Position numbers and translations under genes: made by a program | Origin: Octopus vulgaris | Lineage: Eukaryota | Assembly: GCA_951406725.2 (NCBI GenBank) | Contig: OX597820.1 | Location: 63,736,001-63,800,000, forward strand | Direction of reading: 5' to 3' | Length of the DNA stretch: 64,000 nucleotides | The notes under the pieces: model-generated | Seen by the model: only the letters and a program-made list of their open reading frames with translations | Database searches by the model: none | What the model was told of the DNA's origin: nothing | Shown here: positions 27,315-40,012 of the stretch, in pieces | Position numbering within the stretch: position 1 is the stretch's first letter | Layout of the letters: each line of letters starts with the position of its first letter

Positions 27315-27635
27315 CCTAGTCAGACCCAGCAGGTGTCGCTACCGACCGTATGTTCGAAGATTTTATTTACCTAGTTACAGTGGAATACATCCACTTGTTT
27401 TCAATAATAGAAATATTAAAGTTATTAAGTCTCTCTAAAGGAGATTACGGCAGCGTTACTGGATATTAATAGTTATCGCCAAACTAATATGGCAGTCCAT
27501 AAATATAAGACTAAAGCTGTCGCTGATTAGCTCCAAGAGGCCATCGCCTCTAGCTAGCTATATGACACACGAAACTACGTCCATTACAATCTTCGAACAG
27601 GCGAGGTCAGCCAATTCACCTTGCTGGTCAGACAT

Positions 27636-27676
27636 CTGCAGACATGTTTCAGGGTTGTTGCCCTTTATCAATGCAG
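27636..27676 (-). ncRNA. Minimal type I hammerhead ribozyme with U3-A8 core
   Basis: Minus strand: CTGCA TTGATAA AGGG caacaa CCCT GAAA CAT GTC^ TGCAG; 5 bp stem I, 4 bp stem II, palindromic ACATGT stem III, GUC site. Confidence 0.8.
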
Positions 27677-27785
27677 CTTTAGTCTTATATTTATGGACTG
27701 CCATATTAGTTTGGCGATAACTAATAATATCCATTAACGCTGCCGTAATCTCCTTTAGAGAGACTTAGTAATTTTAATATTTCTA

Positions 27786-27847
<62 letters not shown>

Positions 27848-28454
27848 TTAATTTCTTACTAGTTTCATTCAGTATTATTTTTGGCAAAAAAAAAAGAAAT
27901 ACAGATTAATTCGGCATCAAGTATCTTGAAGATCAACAGTTTCATCACAGTAACCAAGTTTGTCAATGTGGCTGAATCAAACTGTTTTTTTTAAAATTAT
28001 ACATGCACATCGGCGGACGTTTTGACGGTAAACACTTTAGTAACATCGTTGCGCACGAAAACGTTAGTCGTAGAAGTAAAACTTCCTTCAAGACAAAGCT
28101 AGAAATGCAATTGTCAAGTAGGTAAAACATTTTAAGTAGGAGCGATATATTCAAAATTCTTAATGCTAAACATTGCCGAGGATAAATTAGAATTTATTAT
28201 TGTTACTGAATATATTAGTGTTATTTAATTTATGAACTGTTATGCTGCCGCTTGTTTATGTAGTTTAATTTCTTTATCCACTAGTTTCTACTAAGTTAGT
28301 GACGCGAGTGAAATTAATGATAGAGAAACACGTATAACACTATGAAAGCAGCAACGGCACCATAACTTACATGGACAGCATGAGCTTGCTTTCAGGGGAG
28401 ATAATCAGAGAAAGACTCGAAAGTCAGCGTAAAATCTTAATACTTCATGTTAAA

Positions 28455-28655
28455 TAAAGTATATATAACAAATAATCCGCAATCCTTGTCCGGTACTGGA
28501 TCGATGCCCGAATCTAACCAGTCCGTGCCATTTACGAGGACAAACATCACTGAAAGTTTCACCCGAATCTATCCAGTGGTTCTTGGGATAAACGGACAAA
28601 CTAACAGACACGACTGAAACAATATCTCCGCCTTCGGTAAGCTGGAGGTAATAAT
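28455..28655 (-). mobile_element. Short non-autonomous DNA element (Helentron/HINE-like)
   Basis: Begins tattacctcc...gaaggcggagatattgttt, followed by gtctgttagtttgtc; terminal hairpin pattern recalled from such elements. Confidence 0.35.
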
Positions 28656-28770
28656 GACAATGCACACACTCAGAAACACACACACAAGAGAACCTAATTA
28701 TAGATGTGCTGAAACAATTGTCGGGATTAATAATAAATTCTCGTATATTTCATCTTCTGTCTTTCATTTG

Positions 28771-28846
<76 letters not shown>

Positions 28847-28899
28847 AAAGTATATATCGATATTCTTCCGTGTGTTTTTGAAAGTTCTGTATCTCTGCC

Positions 28900-29300
28900 G
28901 AAAGTCTTCTTTTCCACACACGCCAGCTGAATTCAATTCGTCCCCAGTCGAAAGACGTCTGTTGTTATGTCCTGTTATTATCATTATTATTTTTGTTTTC
29001 ATCCTATTTTCTATTTATATTTGTGTAACATCGTCTATTCTTCCGTCCTTGTTTTCGTATAAATTCGATGCTTTCTTCAAAGGAATTTAATACTATTAGC
29101 TTAGTTTTTCCTTGGGGCTGGCCTGATTGGAGCAATCTCAAGATTAATCACCCGAAATTGCGAGGATGATCCGGTTCTTTACTGAGGATAGAAAGCTCCG
29201 AATGACCCGTCCTTTTTTTTTGTATCGTCTATCTGGATGCTATGTTGTCTCTTTTTGTATCACCTAGTTGTCCGGATTTTTGTGTTCTTTACGTGTTTAT
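28900..29300 (+). mobile_element. Probable decayed Penelope pLTR remnant
   Basis: T-rich, with a degenerate hammerhead-like ctgaggatagaaagctccgaat at ~29182-29203. Confidence 0.3.
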
Positions 29301-30027
29301 TTTCCAAAGGCACAACTATATTGCACGATGCAACTTTGGCCTGTTTTTTCTAGCAAATAATAATAGCTTGGTAGTATTATGAATTCGATATATTAAATCT
29401 TATGTGAATATCAGCTCTTAGCGTCCCAGATGAATTCTAATTTGCAAAACAATTTGATAAATAGACTTAATCGTTCACCCGGTATAATATTATTACCTGA
29501 CTCTTTGTTACATTGAACGGTAGTCACAAAACTGCAAGCACACCTGAGCAAACTTTGGTCTCATGATATATAATAGGTATTCACCATTTGCAGCAACCTT
29601 TTCATCGGTTATTTCTTCGGCGCTATCCTGCACCGGTCTAGTTGTAAGTTGTAGTGGTATTAATAGTAGTAGTAGTAGATTTGTATTTATGTCTATATAT
29701 GTATATATATTACAATATGTAGAAGTATACCTATACAATTACCTGGCTGGGGTTGATGTATACAACTAAACGATACTTCAAGGCTGTGCCGCAACTTGGC
29801 CGCAGACTAACGCCCGAAAGAATTAAAAGACAAACGCTAAAAGATAAGATATATATATAAGGTGAGGTGAGTTAGAGGTTAAAATAACCATCTAACGAAT
29901 AGAAGTATCCATTATACTGCCGTATATTACGCATTTTTAACCATGGGCATACATATGCAAGTATATTATGCTCATAAGTTACAGGTAAAGACAAGGATAA
30001 ACATGAGTTTTTCAAGGATCAAAATGT

Positions 30028-30239
30028 AAAGAAAATAGAAAATGGAGAAATATTGATGAACTGCAATTGACTCCCATCAACAATTATTTAATAATTCCAT
30101 ACAAATAGGGTGCATCCCATCTAGTAGCTGTTTCTGCTTCCAATGTTGTAACATATTGTCATTGATATGCTAAAATACTTACCATATTTGGTAATAAAGC
30201 CGATCCGAAATGGGGAACTTTATCAGATGAAGCTCCATG

Positions 30240-30301
<62 letters not shown>

Positions 30302-30499
30302 CATATGAAATGCAATACACTAGATTCTAGTGACTAGAAAATTGGAAGCAGAACAGCTGTTAGATGGGATGCAGTATATTTGTATCGAATTAATATATAA
30401 TAATTAATGTAATTCAAATGTTGTTCATCAATGTTTCTCCATTTTCGGTTTTCTTTATATATATAAAGAAAACCGAAAATGGAGAAACATTGATGAACA
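30028..30499. repeat. Foldback element: diverged inverted arms plus a perfect 78 bp palindrome
   Basis: 30028-30143 inverted to 30342-30456; perfect palindrome 30422-30499 centred on tttatatatataaa. Confidence 0.8.
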
Positions 30500-30515
30500 C
30501 ACACACACACATATA

Positions 30516-30555
<40 letters not shown>

Positions 30556-30804
30556 AATTTAAGAATCATTTCGATTCAGCCCCACTGAACATAAAGTTTC
30601 GCAGGTTTCTGATACGAAGGTAGCTTGACAGGTCCGCAGTTTCCTAAGGATGGACCGAATGAATATGTATTCTCTTCTACGGAATAACTAAACAGAATGT
30701 GCGTGGCATATTTTAAAGTTTGTATAAAAGAAAGGGAAACACAAATAAAATTATTTAAACATTCGAGAAATATGAAACTAATTATATCTAGGTGGTATAA
30801 CAGT

Positions 30805-31330
30805 TTATTTAAAGTAGCCGCCCTCAGCTTCCACAGTTGCCTCATGACGGCTCCCGAACAATGGAGTGTGCTTTTTTCATTATGTCCTTAAGAAGATCTT
30901 CGAACACCGCATTGATCCTAACCATTAACCCCACTTTGCTGTTGCAAGTAGAGCGGTTAGTGTCTTTCTCAACTCTGCCCCACAATCAGTAATTCGTATG
31001 ATTATAATCGGGAAATAATTAGTCCAGAAAATTGGAGCCAGTAAAATCGTAGAAAATTATTTTCAAGCCGTCACTTCAGAATCTTCCTTGCGGTATGGTA
31101 AGGCGACAAACATATCACCGCATACATTGCTTACCAGGAGATACCCTCTGCAATAATGGGATTGACTACTACCTCTAGAAGCTTCATGTAGCCGTCTGAA
31201 TTGAATTTGAGGCCTTGCTAATCAGTCAGTGGATGCCACGGCTTCGTAACCTTCGTTGCACATTTTACAACGCACTGTGTTAAAAGTCACAATGCCGGCA
31301 TTTTGATTTGCGATACAGGTAAAGCTTTTT
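30805..31330 (-). mobile_element. Degenerate Tc1/mariner (maT/DD37D-like) transposase C-terminus
   Basis: Ends FGSRHEATVEAEGGYFK*, matching the FRxRLEAVVxAEGGYFE* terminus. Confidence 0.55.
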
Positions 31331-32138
31331 CAATATTCCAATAGCCTCCATTCTCCTAACAATTTGTTAAATAGAATTTTGTTTTCGTTATGCCCTCCAG
31401 TGTCATTGAGTGAGCACAAATACATCGAGCTGTACATGAACAAGAAAAAAGAAAGGGAGAAAAATATCGACGTATTTAACCTGAACACTCTGTATATGTA
31501 ACTACTATCAAATATGTTGAATGCCTCTGTTATTTTTGGTTCGGTTAGGAAAAGGAGGGCAATGCACATAAACTCGTCCTCTTCCTTAAGGTTTTGCAAA
31601 CTTATGCAGGATATAGGTATTTGCATTTTGGGAAGGTATCTTTAAACTAAAACCTTGACCCGAAAGCTACCCAAAATGTTTAAAGAAAACAGCAAGGACA
31701 CACGACAGTTCAGGCAAATCCAATGTTCAATAGAAGACCGAAGAGATAAAGAACACAAATAACTTCGGCAGAATTTGAACACGTAACACATAATATCTGA
31801 AGAAATACCGCATAAAATCTCAATTTACTCTTCTGCGTCAATGCTAATTTGCTTCGAGTTACAGAACAACATATGGATAGCCCTCTCTTTCTCTCTCTTT
31901 ATATATACATACATATATACATGTATATATATATATATATATAGATATATATATATATATATATATATACATAGACACACACTCACACACACATAGAGTA
32001 ACAGGGAGTGAAATTTTTAATTGTGTATAATTATATATATATATGTATATCAAAGAAATGAAAGCGTTCGCCTGAGAGGGATTGTGAGTGGTATATATAT
32101 ACACATACACACATACATACATACATACATTCATATAT

Positions 32139-32187
<49 letters not shown>

Positions 32188-32838
32188 CATACATATATGT
32201 ACATATATACATATATATATACATATATGTATACCAACACACACATATACATGTAACATATATACTGAAGAAACGAGAGGGTTGGCCAGAGAGAGATTGT
32301 GAGGGGTAATGGACGACCTATCGTATAGCATCATCATCCATTTAAGTCTTAACAATTTCTTCATTGGCACAAACAACTATAGTTATTTGACATCTATATT
32401 AATTACATCGTCGTTGCATTCTACTTTGTATAGTTCTTAGGAGAAGAATTATCTTCGATATGAAAGCGACCATTTTTCATAGCCATAAAAGAAATTCCGG
32501 TCGAATTCTTCGACAAAAGACTATTGAGAATTTAAGAATGCTGCGAAATGGCGTTTTCATATATTTACTTATGTATTTTATTTATTTATTTATGTTCTAT
32601 TGTATTGTATTTCTGGGGATTTGGTTTTCGTTTTCGATTTCTTTTCAAACAATGAAAAATTCACAATAGAACACATTGATGTACGTGTATGTATGTATGT
32701 ATGTATGTATGTATGTATGTATGTATGTATGTATGTATGTATGTATGTATGTATGTATGTGTGTATGTGTATATATGCATGATTGATTCTATAAAGAAAT
32801 GTACGAGACTATGTATATATATTCGTATACTCATACAC

Positions 32839-32872
<34 letters not shown>

Positions 32873-33667
32873 ATGTACGTATATGTATTCATATACCCAT
32901 GCATATATATGTGTGTCTATATATATATACATACACACACACATACACACATACACACACATATATATATATGTATGTGTGTATGTATGTATGCATGTAT
33001 GTATGCATTATTGTATAAATACGTGTCTCTGCTAGGATTTGTTTATATTCAGACAGACCACGACGCTACTTATATATAGGCGTATGCTTACAGGCCCGCG
33101 TGGGTATATATAAATGTATAAATATATACATGCACATGTCTGTGTGGCTGTGAATATATGTATGTATGTATGTATGTATGTTGTTTGTGTATATGTATGT
33201 ATTTTTGTATATATGTATGTATATATGCATGCAGGCAGACATTCAGTTAGCAACAATATGTCGTATAAATGAAGAAACTTCTAATCAGGCAGTTATAATT
33301 GTAATACGATTGAGGATAATGTTTTATGTAAACTCTACAATTAAATATACATGTTAATAATTCTTAAATACAAAACAGAATATTCGTAACTTTTATTGTA
33401 TATACGCCTTTCATTTCATTTGTTTTAAATATCCTCATTTGTAAGAATATAAATAGTAAGTTTTATCATTTTAGTTTGACTCTCAAGTAGATTTACCTCC
33501 TCGAAATTCAAACAATGCTGTTCTACATTTACCTGTCTTATTTTGGTATTTAAATTTTTAGTTTGTATGTGTGAATGCATATGTGAACATATATGCTTAT
33601 ACACGTATATATATTTACACAGATGCATGCATACACGCACATACATATGTGTGTGCATAAGTATGTA

Positions 33668-34125
<458 letters not shown>

Positions 34126-34139
34126 TTATATATATACAT

Positions 34140-34330
34140 CTTTTATTCTTCTTTCTTGTTTCAGTTATTTGAATGTGGCCATGCTGGAGCACCGCGTTTA
34201 GTCGAGCAAATATCTTTGTAAGCCTAGTACTTATTCTATCGGTCTCTTTTGCCGAACTGCTAAGTTACGGGGGACGTAAAACCACCAGCATCAGTTGTCA
34301 AGCGATGTTGGGAGGACAAAGACAGACGTA
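34140..34330 (-). mobile_element. SINE 3' part (family of 18650-18969)
   Basis: Reverse complement of the gcggtgctccagcatggcc tail and aagtactaggcttacaaag. Confidence 0.7.
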
Positions 34331-34357
34331 CAAACATACACACACACACAAACAAAC

Positions 34358-34408
<51 letters not shown>

Positions 34409-34539
34409 AGACTGGACGGTCAAAACTAGAGCACTCAAAAAATTTATTCGGAATTACATGTATGGATCAAAATAGTTTAATTCAGATTCGTTGGTACTCT
34501 TGAGTTTCAAGCGTAATTCTAGTCTTCAAAAGTGTGAAC

Positions 34540-35770
34540 CTCAAGATGACCTATGGAACATTGTATAAAGGTAAGGTTTCGGCATTATTCCAACCCCATC
34601 CTTAAATCCCTAAATGACTATATGACCAGCATTAAGCAATCACCCAACATACACACACTCGCAGGCAAAACAAAGAATATTTACGAAATAAACACTTCCA
34701 CACACTCAAGACTTCTTACAAGCTCCATCACCGACACATACGAGGATACCCGTAATTCTACAAACAATGGCAGAAGCACAGAAGCAAAGGAGCTAACCAC
34801 TCACATTAATATACAGGATCGCGTGGACTGCCTCACCAAGCGATCTCCCATATTACATTTATAGACCATAAGCCCACCTTTCTCTCCAATCCCAAATGCG
34901 GGTTGAGAAACTACTCTAAAATTGAGACAGGTACCATTAGCAAACGTCTTCTCGATACTATAAACTCCGATATCAGGAGTGTTACAGTGTTGACTGTATG
35001 GATCGACTGGTTCCGTGGTATCGAATCAGAATTTAGATTCACCCAGTTTAACATCATCGAATACTACCCTTCCATATCTAAGCTCCTCCTTCTGAAGACC
35101 CTAACTTTTTTCTGAGCAATACACCAGCTTTAGTGATCTTGATATCAGAATTATAATGAATGTCAGAAAGTTAATTCTAGTCCACGACGATTCCTTGTGG
35201 GTGAAGAAAGAAGGCGAGCCATTACTCGATGATTTTATGGGTATCTTTGGCGTGGCTAAAATCGCCGACCTCGTGGGGTTTTACATCTTGGATACCTTGA
35301 AGGGACGTGCCCACCTACATAGGTAGACTGCCTGGCTATCTGAAGCCATACGAACGGCCATGCCATGGACAGGTTCAGGAATCACTTCATAAAAATACTT
35401 AAGCAGTTCGACCTCTGCATAACGGTTACCACCAACCTAACTACGGTCGATTTCTTGGACGTAACCTTAGACCTGAATACGGGCAAGCATTACCCGTACA
35501 GCAAGCATAATGAGGAACTAGTATGCGCCAATATGAGCTTAGGCCACCCCTCCGCTGTAATGAGAAACCTGGTTTCAGTCATTCATACGCAACTATCTAA
35601 TCTGTCGACCAATAGAAAGATTTTTAACATTCCCCATCACTCGTATGATGCTTTAGATAGGAGCGAGTTTACTGAGAAGTTCACGTATGTAGACAACATC
35701 AAAACAACCTCTCCCTACCACAAAAAGATTTGGAAAAGGAAAATTATATGGTATAACTGCCCCTTTCAAC
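34540..35770 (+). pseudogene. Degenerate Penelope-like RT of a second clade (Naiad-like)
   Basis: AGKTKNIYEI, DHKPTFLSNPKC, FTQFNIIEYYPSIS, KIADLVGFYIL, VDFLDVTLDL, GHPSAV, KRKIIWYNCPF across frameshifts. Confidence 0.75.
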
Positions 35771-36311
35771 CTAGAAAATTTGCACCCAGCTGCCAGCTCT
35801 TCCTCCGTGAAAAACTGCATCCCATCCAACAACCCACAGTATCCAATGAACAAGAAATACGAATTATGTTATTGCTGTCACGAAAGGAATAGCCTTCTGG
35901 TAAATTACAAGCATATGATGGCCGACACCCCGGGTATACCACGTGAGTATCAGCTGCTACTCTGCACCACCTGCACCAAAGTTACCGCCACCAGCCAACT
36001 CCATTAGAGCAGCACTGTCAACAACCAGCCACCAATGCTTACCAATTCCCAACGCTTACGAATCCTCTACGCTTGTTATGCGCATATACACTCACGTATG
36101 TGCGCACGAGTACACATCTGCACGCACATACGTGTGTGCTCACACACTGATATGCATGTTGCATGCATATTTATATAGATATTTACATATACATGAATAC
36201 ACATGTGCGTATGTGCGGAGATGTGTATGTACATACGTGTATGTGTGTAGATATGTATGCATGTGTGTGTATGTGCGTGTATGTGCGCGCGCACGCATCT
36301 TCATTCATATA

Positions 36312-36351
<40 letters not shown>

Positions 36352-36856
36352 TGTGGGCGTGCACGTACGCTGTCAAGTATAGGTGTGCATGCTCGCATCA
36401 ATACAGCATGCACACAAAACCATTTCCTGTCTAGCACGCGATCCTTTTCCTACTGACCATGCAGAATTCTCCAACTAACTGCTACCGATATAGTAACATA
36501 AAACCACAACACAGCATGCCCTTCCTTGACCAAGTGCAGCACACGTCTTGGCAATAACAGTAAAATTCTGTCATTGAAATTCAAAATGGCTGAAGACTAG
36601 CATTAACATTGAAACTGAAGCGTACCAACACATTTAAATCAAATTGTTTTGATCCATACACAACGCACACACACACATAGAAAGACGTATATGTGTATGT
36701 GTATATCTATCTATCTGTCTATCTAACAATATATATATATATGTGTGTGTGTGTTTGTGTGTGTGTGTGTAGTTTGATAGATTGATGGATAGATGGATAT
36801 ACATATATCCGAGACTGATTGTGTGTGTATAATAATAATTTGTAATAATAATAATG

Positions 36857-36913
<57 letters not shown>

Positions 36914-36935
36914 TTAATAATAATAATAATAATAA

Positions 36936-37826
36936 TCCACTGCATGGCAAGTATGTGGCCCGTAGCAAAGAAGCTTATCTTGATCAGAAACACACACATC
37001 AATGGTCACGAAGCTCAGGGCTAAAAGCAGAGAGTGAAGGTTTCATATTAGCTGCTCAAGACCAAAGCTTATTAACCCGGAACCACCAAGCCAATATGAT
37101 AAAAAATGGAACTGACCCAAAGTGCCGATTCTGTAACGATGAGATTGAAAGAATAGGTCACCTAATATCAGGGTGTAGAGTCTTAGCACCTGTAGAATAT
37201 AAAGCAAGACATGACAGAGTCGGCTTATATTTACATAGGGCAATATGCTGGCATTATAAAATCAAAACTGCTGACAAATGGTATAAATACCACCCTGAAG
37301 CTGTGACTGAGGGACAAAATGTGTCGATTCTATGGGACTTCCCCGTACATACCGACAAAACTATAAAAGCTAATAAACCGTTATTATAAAAGATCAGACA
37401 AGAAAGGTGTGTTTATTAATTGACATGAGTTTATCATTTGACAAGATCAGTAAATATAAAGACTTGCTATTAGAAATTGAAAAAAAAAACGTGGCATCTC
37501 AAGGCGACTCTAGTACCAATGACTGTAGGATCACTAGGAATGATGAAAAAAAAAGTATTGAAACCTATTTGAAAACGATACCAGGTTTACAATCCCTATA
37601 GGAAGTACAAATATCATGTTAACTGGAACGAGTGATGTACTGAGAAGAGCATTATCACTGTGAAAACAACATCCATTCATGAATTTATTTATTTATTTTT
37701 TCAAATACATATTTTACCTGTGAATTTGCGTGTGTAACTTGAGAATGCATACAATGAGCTTCTCTGCCCTAGGTGTACGGAAAACACTCGGCGAAAATGG
37801 AAGAAATTTTGAAGAAAGAAGGAAAG
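36936..37826 (+). mobile_element. 5'-truncated R4/Dong-clade non-LTR element (CCHC finger plus restriction-like endonuclease) in (TAA)n
   Basis: LHGKY..W...GLKAESEGFILAAQDQSL, CRFC..E...HLISGC, YKARHDRV, ILWDFPVHTDKTIKANKP, LLIDMS; (TAA)n at 36843-36936 and 37828-37870. Confidence 0.85.
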
Positions 37827-38721
37827 TAATAATAATAATAATAATAATAAAAATAATAATAATAATAATAACGTTGCATAGCATTACCTTTAAATCTACA
37901 GCTTTACATATACATCTTTACAGGGACCAACATGTTTCAACTGCACCGATTAGTAATCGTTGCAATTGCAACCGCATTATAATACCGGTGCAGTTTCTTC
38001 AGGGTCTTCACTCTTAAGAACATTATCGGATGTATATATTAACCCTTGAATAACTTATTTTGAATACCTAAGTGAGAGTGAACCGGTAAACATTTTGGGT
38101 AATCCCTTACTATTGACATATGTGTGTGTACATGCGCCTGTGTGTGTATGTGTGTGTGCGCGCGTGTGTGTGTGTCTGTGTGTGTGTATGTGTGTGTGTG
38201 TGCGTGTGTGTATGTGTGTGTGTGTGCGCGTGTGTGTATGTGTGTGTGTGTGTGCGTTTCTGTACACATACACTCACAAACAAATTACAGACATACACTC
38301 TCATGCACACAAACGCATACAGAAATCTATACACACGCTTTTGCTTATATAAGTACGTTCCGTTGTAAGTGCATGCCTAACGTTCACATACACTTACGAC
38401 TTTGAGGATTGCGTGTGTGTTGTGTGTTCGTGTGTCTGAGAGAGAGAAAATTGAGAGAGACAGATAGACAGACAGACAGACAGGCAGGGCGAGGGTGGAG
38501 AAAACTATATCTAAGGCAAACTATTAATAAAATTGCAAGTGAAATGTAGTAAAACACATGTGTTTAATTATGTGAAGATATTTGTCTGTGTGATTTGTCT
38601 ATATTCTACAGTCGCATAAACATAATTAGACAGGCCCACAGATAGGCAGAAAGAGAGATAGAGACAGAGATGCCTACAGTAAGGTAGATATATAGATAGA
38701 TAAAAGCGATAAACGTTTTTT

Positions 38722-38981
38722 AAGCCTAGCGTGGCTCATGGGCCCGGTTTCCCAGTTTCTGTGGCGTATGTGTTCCCTCCAGCTGGACGGGACGCCAGTC
38801 TATCGCAGCGTTACTCAAGAAACAGGAACAGAGAGTGAGAGAAAGTTGTGGCGAAAGAGTACAACAGGAGTCGCCACCATCCCCTGCCGGAGCCTCGTAG
38901 AACTTTTAGGTGTTTTCGCTCAATAAACACACACAACGACCGCTCTGGAAATCGAAACCGCGATCCTCCGACCGCGCCTCC
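38722..38981 (-). mobile_element. SINE sharing the 5' half with 162-544 but with a different 3' half
   Basis: 38825-38981 matches the head of the 162 family (with an A-box deletion); 38722-38820 is unrelated to its tail. Confidence 0.7.
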
Positions 38982-38983
38982 AT

Positions 38984-39042
<59 letters not shown>

Positions 39043-39043
39043 T

Positions 39044-39133
<90 letters not shown>
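38984..39133. repeat. (TAGA)n microsatellite
   Basis: Tetranucleotide run. Confidence 0.95.
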
Positions 39134-39134
<1 letters not shown>

Positions 39135-39409
39135 CTTTTCAGTAGGGAAGTGACAACTAAAGTAGACATTCAGCAATAGGTAGGTAAGTAGACACGTAGG
39201 TATGTGGGTAAGTAGGTAGGTAGAAACGTACATAGATCGATAAATAGATCGATCGATCGATAGATAGATGGATACATACATATTTTACATATAAATACAA
39301 AGACGGACACCTCGCTTCGGTTATGGGTGTTTTAGAAAACCGAACGTTACTCTATATACCCAGCCTTTTTTTTTAAATTATGTTTTCTATTGTATGCGCA
39401 ACGTCTGCA

Positions 39410-40012
39410 ATTTAAGGGGAGGGGACTAGTCGATTACATCGACCCCAGTGCACGATTGGTACTTTATCAAGCCCGAAAAAATGAATGGCGGAAGACCTCG
39501 GCGCAGTTTGAACTCAGAACGTAAAATCAGATGAAATGCCGCTAATTCATTTTTTCGGCGTGCTAATAATCCTGCTAGTTCTCTGTCTCAATGTAGGTTT
39601 TGATAATGGCTTCAAATTATGGCAGATACCCAGCAATTTTGGAGGAGATTACATCTATATTGGTCTTATTTTATCTACTCCGGAAGTATGACAGGCAAAA
39701 TCAACTTCGGCGGAATTTGAACTCAGAACATAAGGACGAACGAAATTACGCTAAACACCTCTGCCCGGCATAGTAACTATTTTACCCGCTCACAGCCCAT
39801 TAATAATCCTTTTTACTAGGTCTGAAAGTTAATGGGATGAGTCTAGTCGATTACATCGACCTCAGTGTTACACTGATACCTAATTTGCCGATCCCGAAAG
39901 GATGAAATGCAAGGTAGACCTCGGTGGAATTTGAAATCAGAACGTAAAAACGGATGAATCGTCGCTAAGCATTTCGCACGGCGTGCTAACGGTGTTGCCA
40001 GATCGCCGCCTT
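39410..40012 (-). mobile_element. Three tandem Deu/Nin-like SINE units
   Basis: Three tttgaa(c/a)tcagaac-containing units. Confidence 0.7.

Larger units (their letters stand above)
27106..27786 (-). mobile_element. Non-coding hammerhead-containing element (retrozyme-like / non-autonomous PLE derivative)
   Basis: Direct repeat 27106-27316 vs 27468-27677 (period 362); inverted repeat 27407-27519 vs 27674-27786; (TA)n-rich flanks. Confidence 0.75.

Noticed and set aside
27522-27581. Plus-strand CTGATTA...GAAAC-tac-GTC as a second, opposite-polarity hammerhead
   Set aside because: Core lacks G8 without compensation, no stem I forms, and the GAAA is not conserved in the first repeat copy
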